A stretch of 8,666 nt of DNA from Tubiluchus corallicola (Eukaryota; Animalia; Priapulida): the NCBI GenBank assembly GCA_030141605.1, contig JAQGDQ010002525.1, forward strand, positions 1 to 8,666, in the 5' to 3' direction. Of this stretch, positions 7,572 to 8,666 are shown in pieces. The notes below the pieces were generated by a model. That model was not told the origin of the DNA. It was given only the letters and a program-made list of their open reading frames with translations, and searched no databases. A program made the translations under genes and the position numbers. Position 1 is the first letter of the stretch. The number at the start of each line of letters is the position of its first letter.

Positions 7572-8393
7572 ATGAATCATTTAATTGCTCGAACCAAAGG
7601 AAGAAATGAATATTATTATAAAGTTATATCAAATCAAAGCGTATTTGAATTACCAAACGATTTAGATAATCCTAAAGCATACGATTCTGATTATAAATTA
7701 GAAGATGATGAATGGTTTCATATACCTTCTTTTTCCACAACAAATTATTGCTTAGACTTATTGAATACACAATTTATTTCAACTGATTATGACCAGATTA
7801 ATCAATCAGAATTCAAAAAAATATCATTTCTATGTGCTTATCAGTCTGAAGTGTATTATTTTCAAAAACTTTCTACCACTCAATTTATTAAAAAGAAATG
7901 GTTTGTTATGTCAGATGCTCCTACCTTGGAGGAAGACAAAGCTATCATAGTTATTAATGAAATGCCTGATGCAATTTTTGTAAAAGAAAGTGATATTTTA
8001 TATTTTAAGCGTTTGCCTTCTATATCTGGTATTTTTAAAGGGATTGTAGAACTATATAAAGAAGCCACCCAACAAGAAACACAAGAATTCTTAGAAAATG
8101 ATTTTATCAAATTAGAAGATGATTATAATGCTGAAAAGGTTAAAACAGCAAATAGAAAAAGGATTGCCTTAGCGATGGAAACATTTAAAAGCTTTAAACC
8201 GAAAGAGAAAGTAAGTATTTTTTCATATATAAAGGATTACTGTCCTAACTTATCTTATAATGATAACAATTCAAATTTTAGCATAAAATGCGAAGATGAC
8301 TTAAAACATCTTCTATGGGGCATCGAACAAAGATACTATACGACCCCTGCAGGTCAAGAAAAAAGAGTTGCCAATTCGATTTCACCCATTTAA
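7572..8393 (+). CDS. kwaB: Kiwa-like anti-phage protein KwaB (DUF4868-like), 273 aa
   Basis: YYFQK, PDAIF...LYFK.L..I.GIF, LLWGIEQRYYTTPAGQEKRVANS C-terminus resemble DUF4868/KwaB-type proteins. Directly follows a small multi-TM gene, the Kiwa arrangement. Confidence 0.68.
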   Translation: MNHLIARTKGRNEYYYKVISNQSVFELPNDLDNPKAYDSDYKLEDDEWFHIPSFSTTNYCLDLLNTQFISTDYDQINQSEFKKISFLCAYQSEVYYFQKLSTTQFIKKKWFVMSDAPTLEEDKAIIVINEMPDAIFVKESDILYFKRLPSISGIFKGIVELYKEATQQETQEFLENDFIKLEDDYNAEKVKTANRKRIALAMETFKSFKPKEKVSIFSYIKDYCPNLSYNDNNSNFSIKCEDDLKHLLWGIEQRYYTTPAGQEKRVANSISPI

Positions 8394-8416
8394 TAACTCC
8401 TACTCACTTTATTTCC

Positions 8417-8591
8417 AAATACACCAAAACATAATAGCAAAGTTACAGGCTGGTTCCAAAAGCTGACAAGGGTTCGCTTCGCCAGCCTCAAAAAATCTCC
8501 ACCCTCCTTCGTCGGGTAGTATTTTTTGGTCTGCCCTTGCACCTTTTGCCCCCAACCTGTGTCCGCAAGGGCATTATGTTTTATTGTATTT
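8417..8591. repeat. ~175-nt imperfect inverted repeat (long stem-loop)
   Basis: Nested complementary arms: 8417-8435/8573-8591 (17 of 19), 8445-8453/8552-8560 (8 of 9), 8457-8462/8543-8548, 8467-8472/8534-8539, 8489-8496/8521-8528, 8501-8504/8514-8517; 9-nt loop 8505-8513. Confidence 0.88.
8438..8469 (-). promoter_or_regulatory. Bacteroidota-type sigma-A promoter motif within the left arm of the inverted repeat
   Basis: Minus strand reads TTG (8469-8467), a 21-nt spacer, then TAACTTTG (8445-8438), matching the -33 TTG / -7 TAnnTTTG consensus. Confidence 0.5.
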
Positions 8592-8666
8592 TTCGCCGTA
8601 GGTTAGCTGGCTGGTGGCTGGTCTCCTACATTCATCGTTCGGCTCGTTTCCAGTTCTATAGTGTTC

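Noticed and set aside
7880-8110. Minus-strand 76-aa ORF within the kwaB-like gene
   Set aside because: Although downstream of the leftward promoter motif, it has shadow-ORF composition and no motif.
8394-8666. CRISPR array, tRNA, IS end or integron attC in the non-coding tail
   Set aside because: No regularly spaced direct repeats, no cloverleaf, no transposase or integrase in the window, and no similar hairpins between the other genes as an integron array would need.

Overview
AT-rich, tightly packed, entirely + strand gene cluster that reads as a bacterial anti-phage defence island, probably from a Bacteroidota mobile element (inferred from the lack of Shine-Dalgarno motifs and a TAnnTTTG promoter motif). 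In order: a KTSC-domain protein; a small WYL-like gene split by a 1-nt frameshift; a 65-aa ORF overlapping an 840-aa Rad50/SMC-like ABC ATPase with a zinc hook and a putative RloC/PrrC-like HEPN C-terminus; a coiled-coil PD-(D/E)xK nuclease; a truncated type I hsdR 5' end joined to a methyltransferase/specificity-domain-like 3' fragment (probable deletion scar); a TcmP + DUF5131 (Gp37/Gp68, radical-SAM-like) pair; a Kiwa-like kwaA/kwaB pair; and a ~175-nt imperfect inverted repeat resembling a single-strand (Frpo-like) promoter. All family calls come from motif recognition by eye, without database searches.
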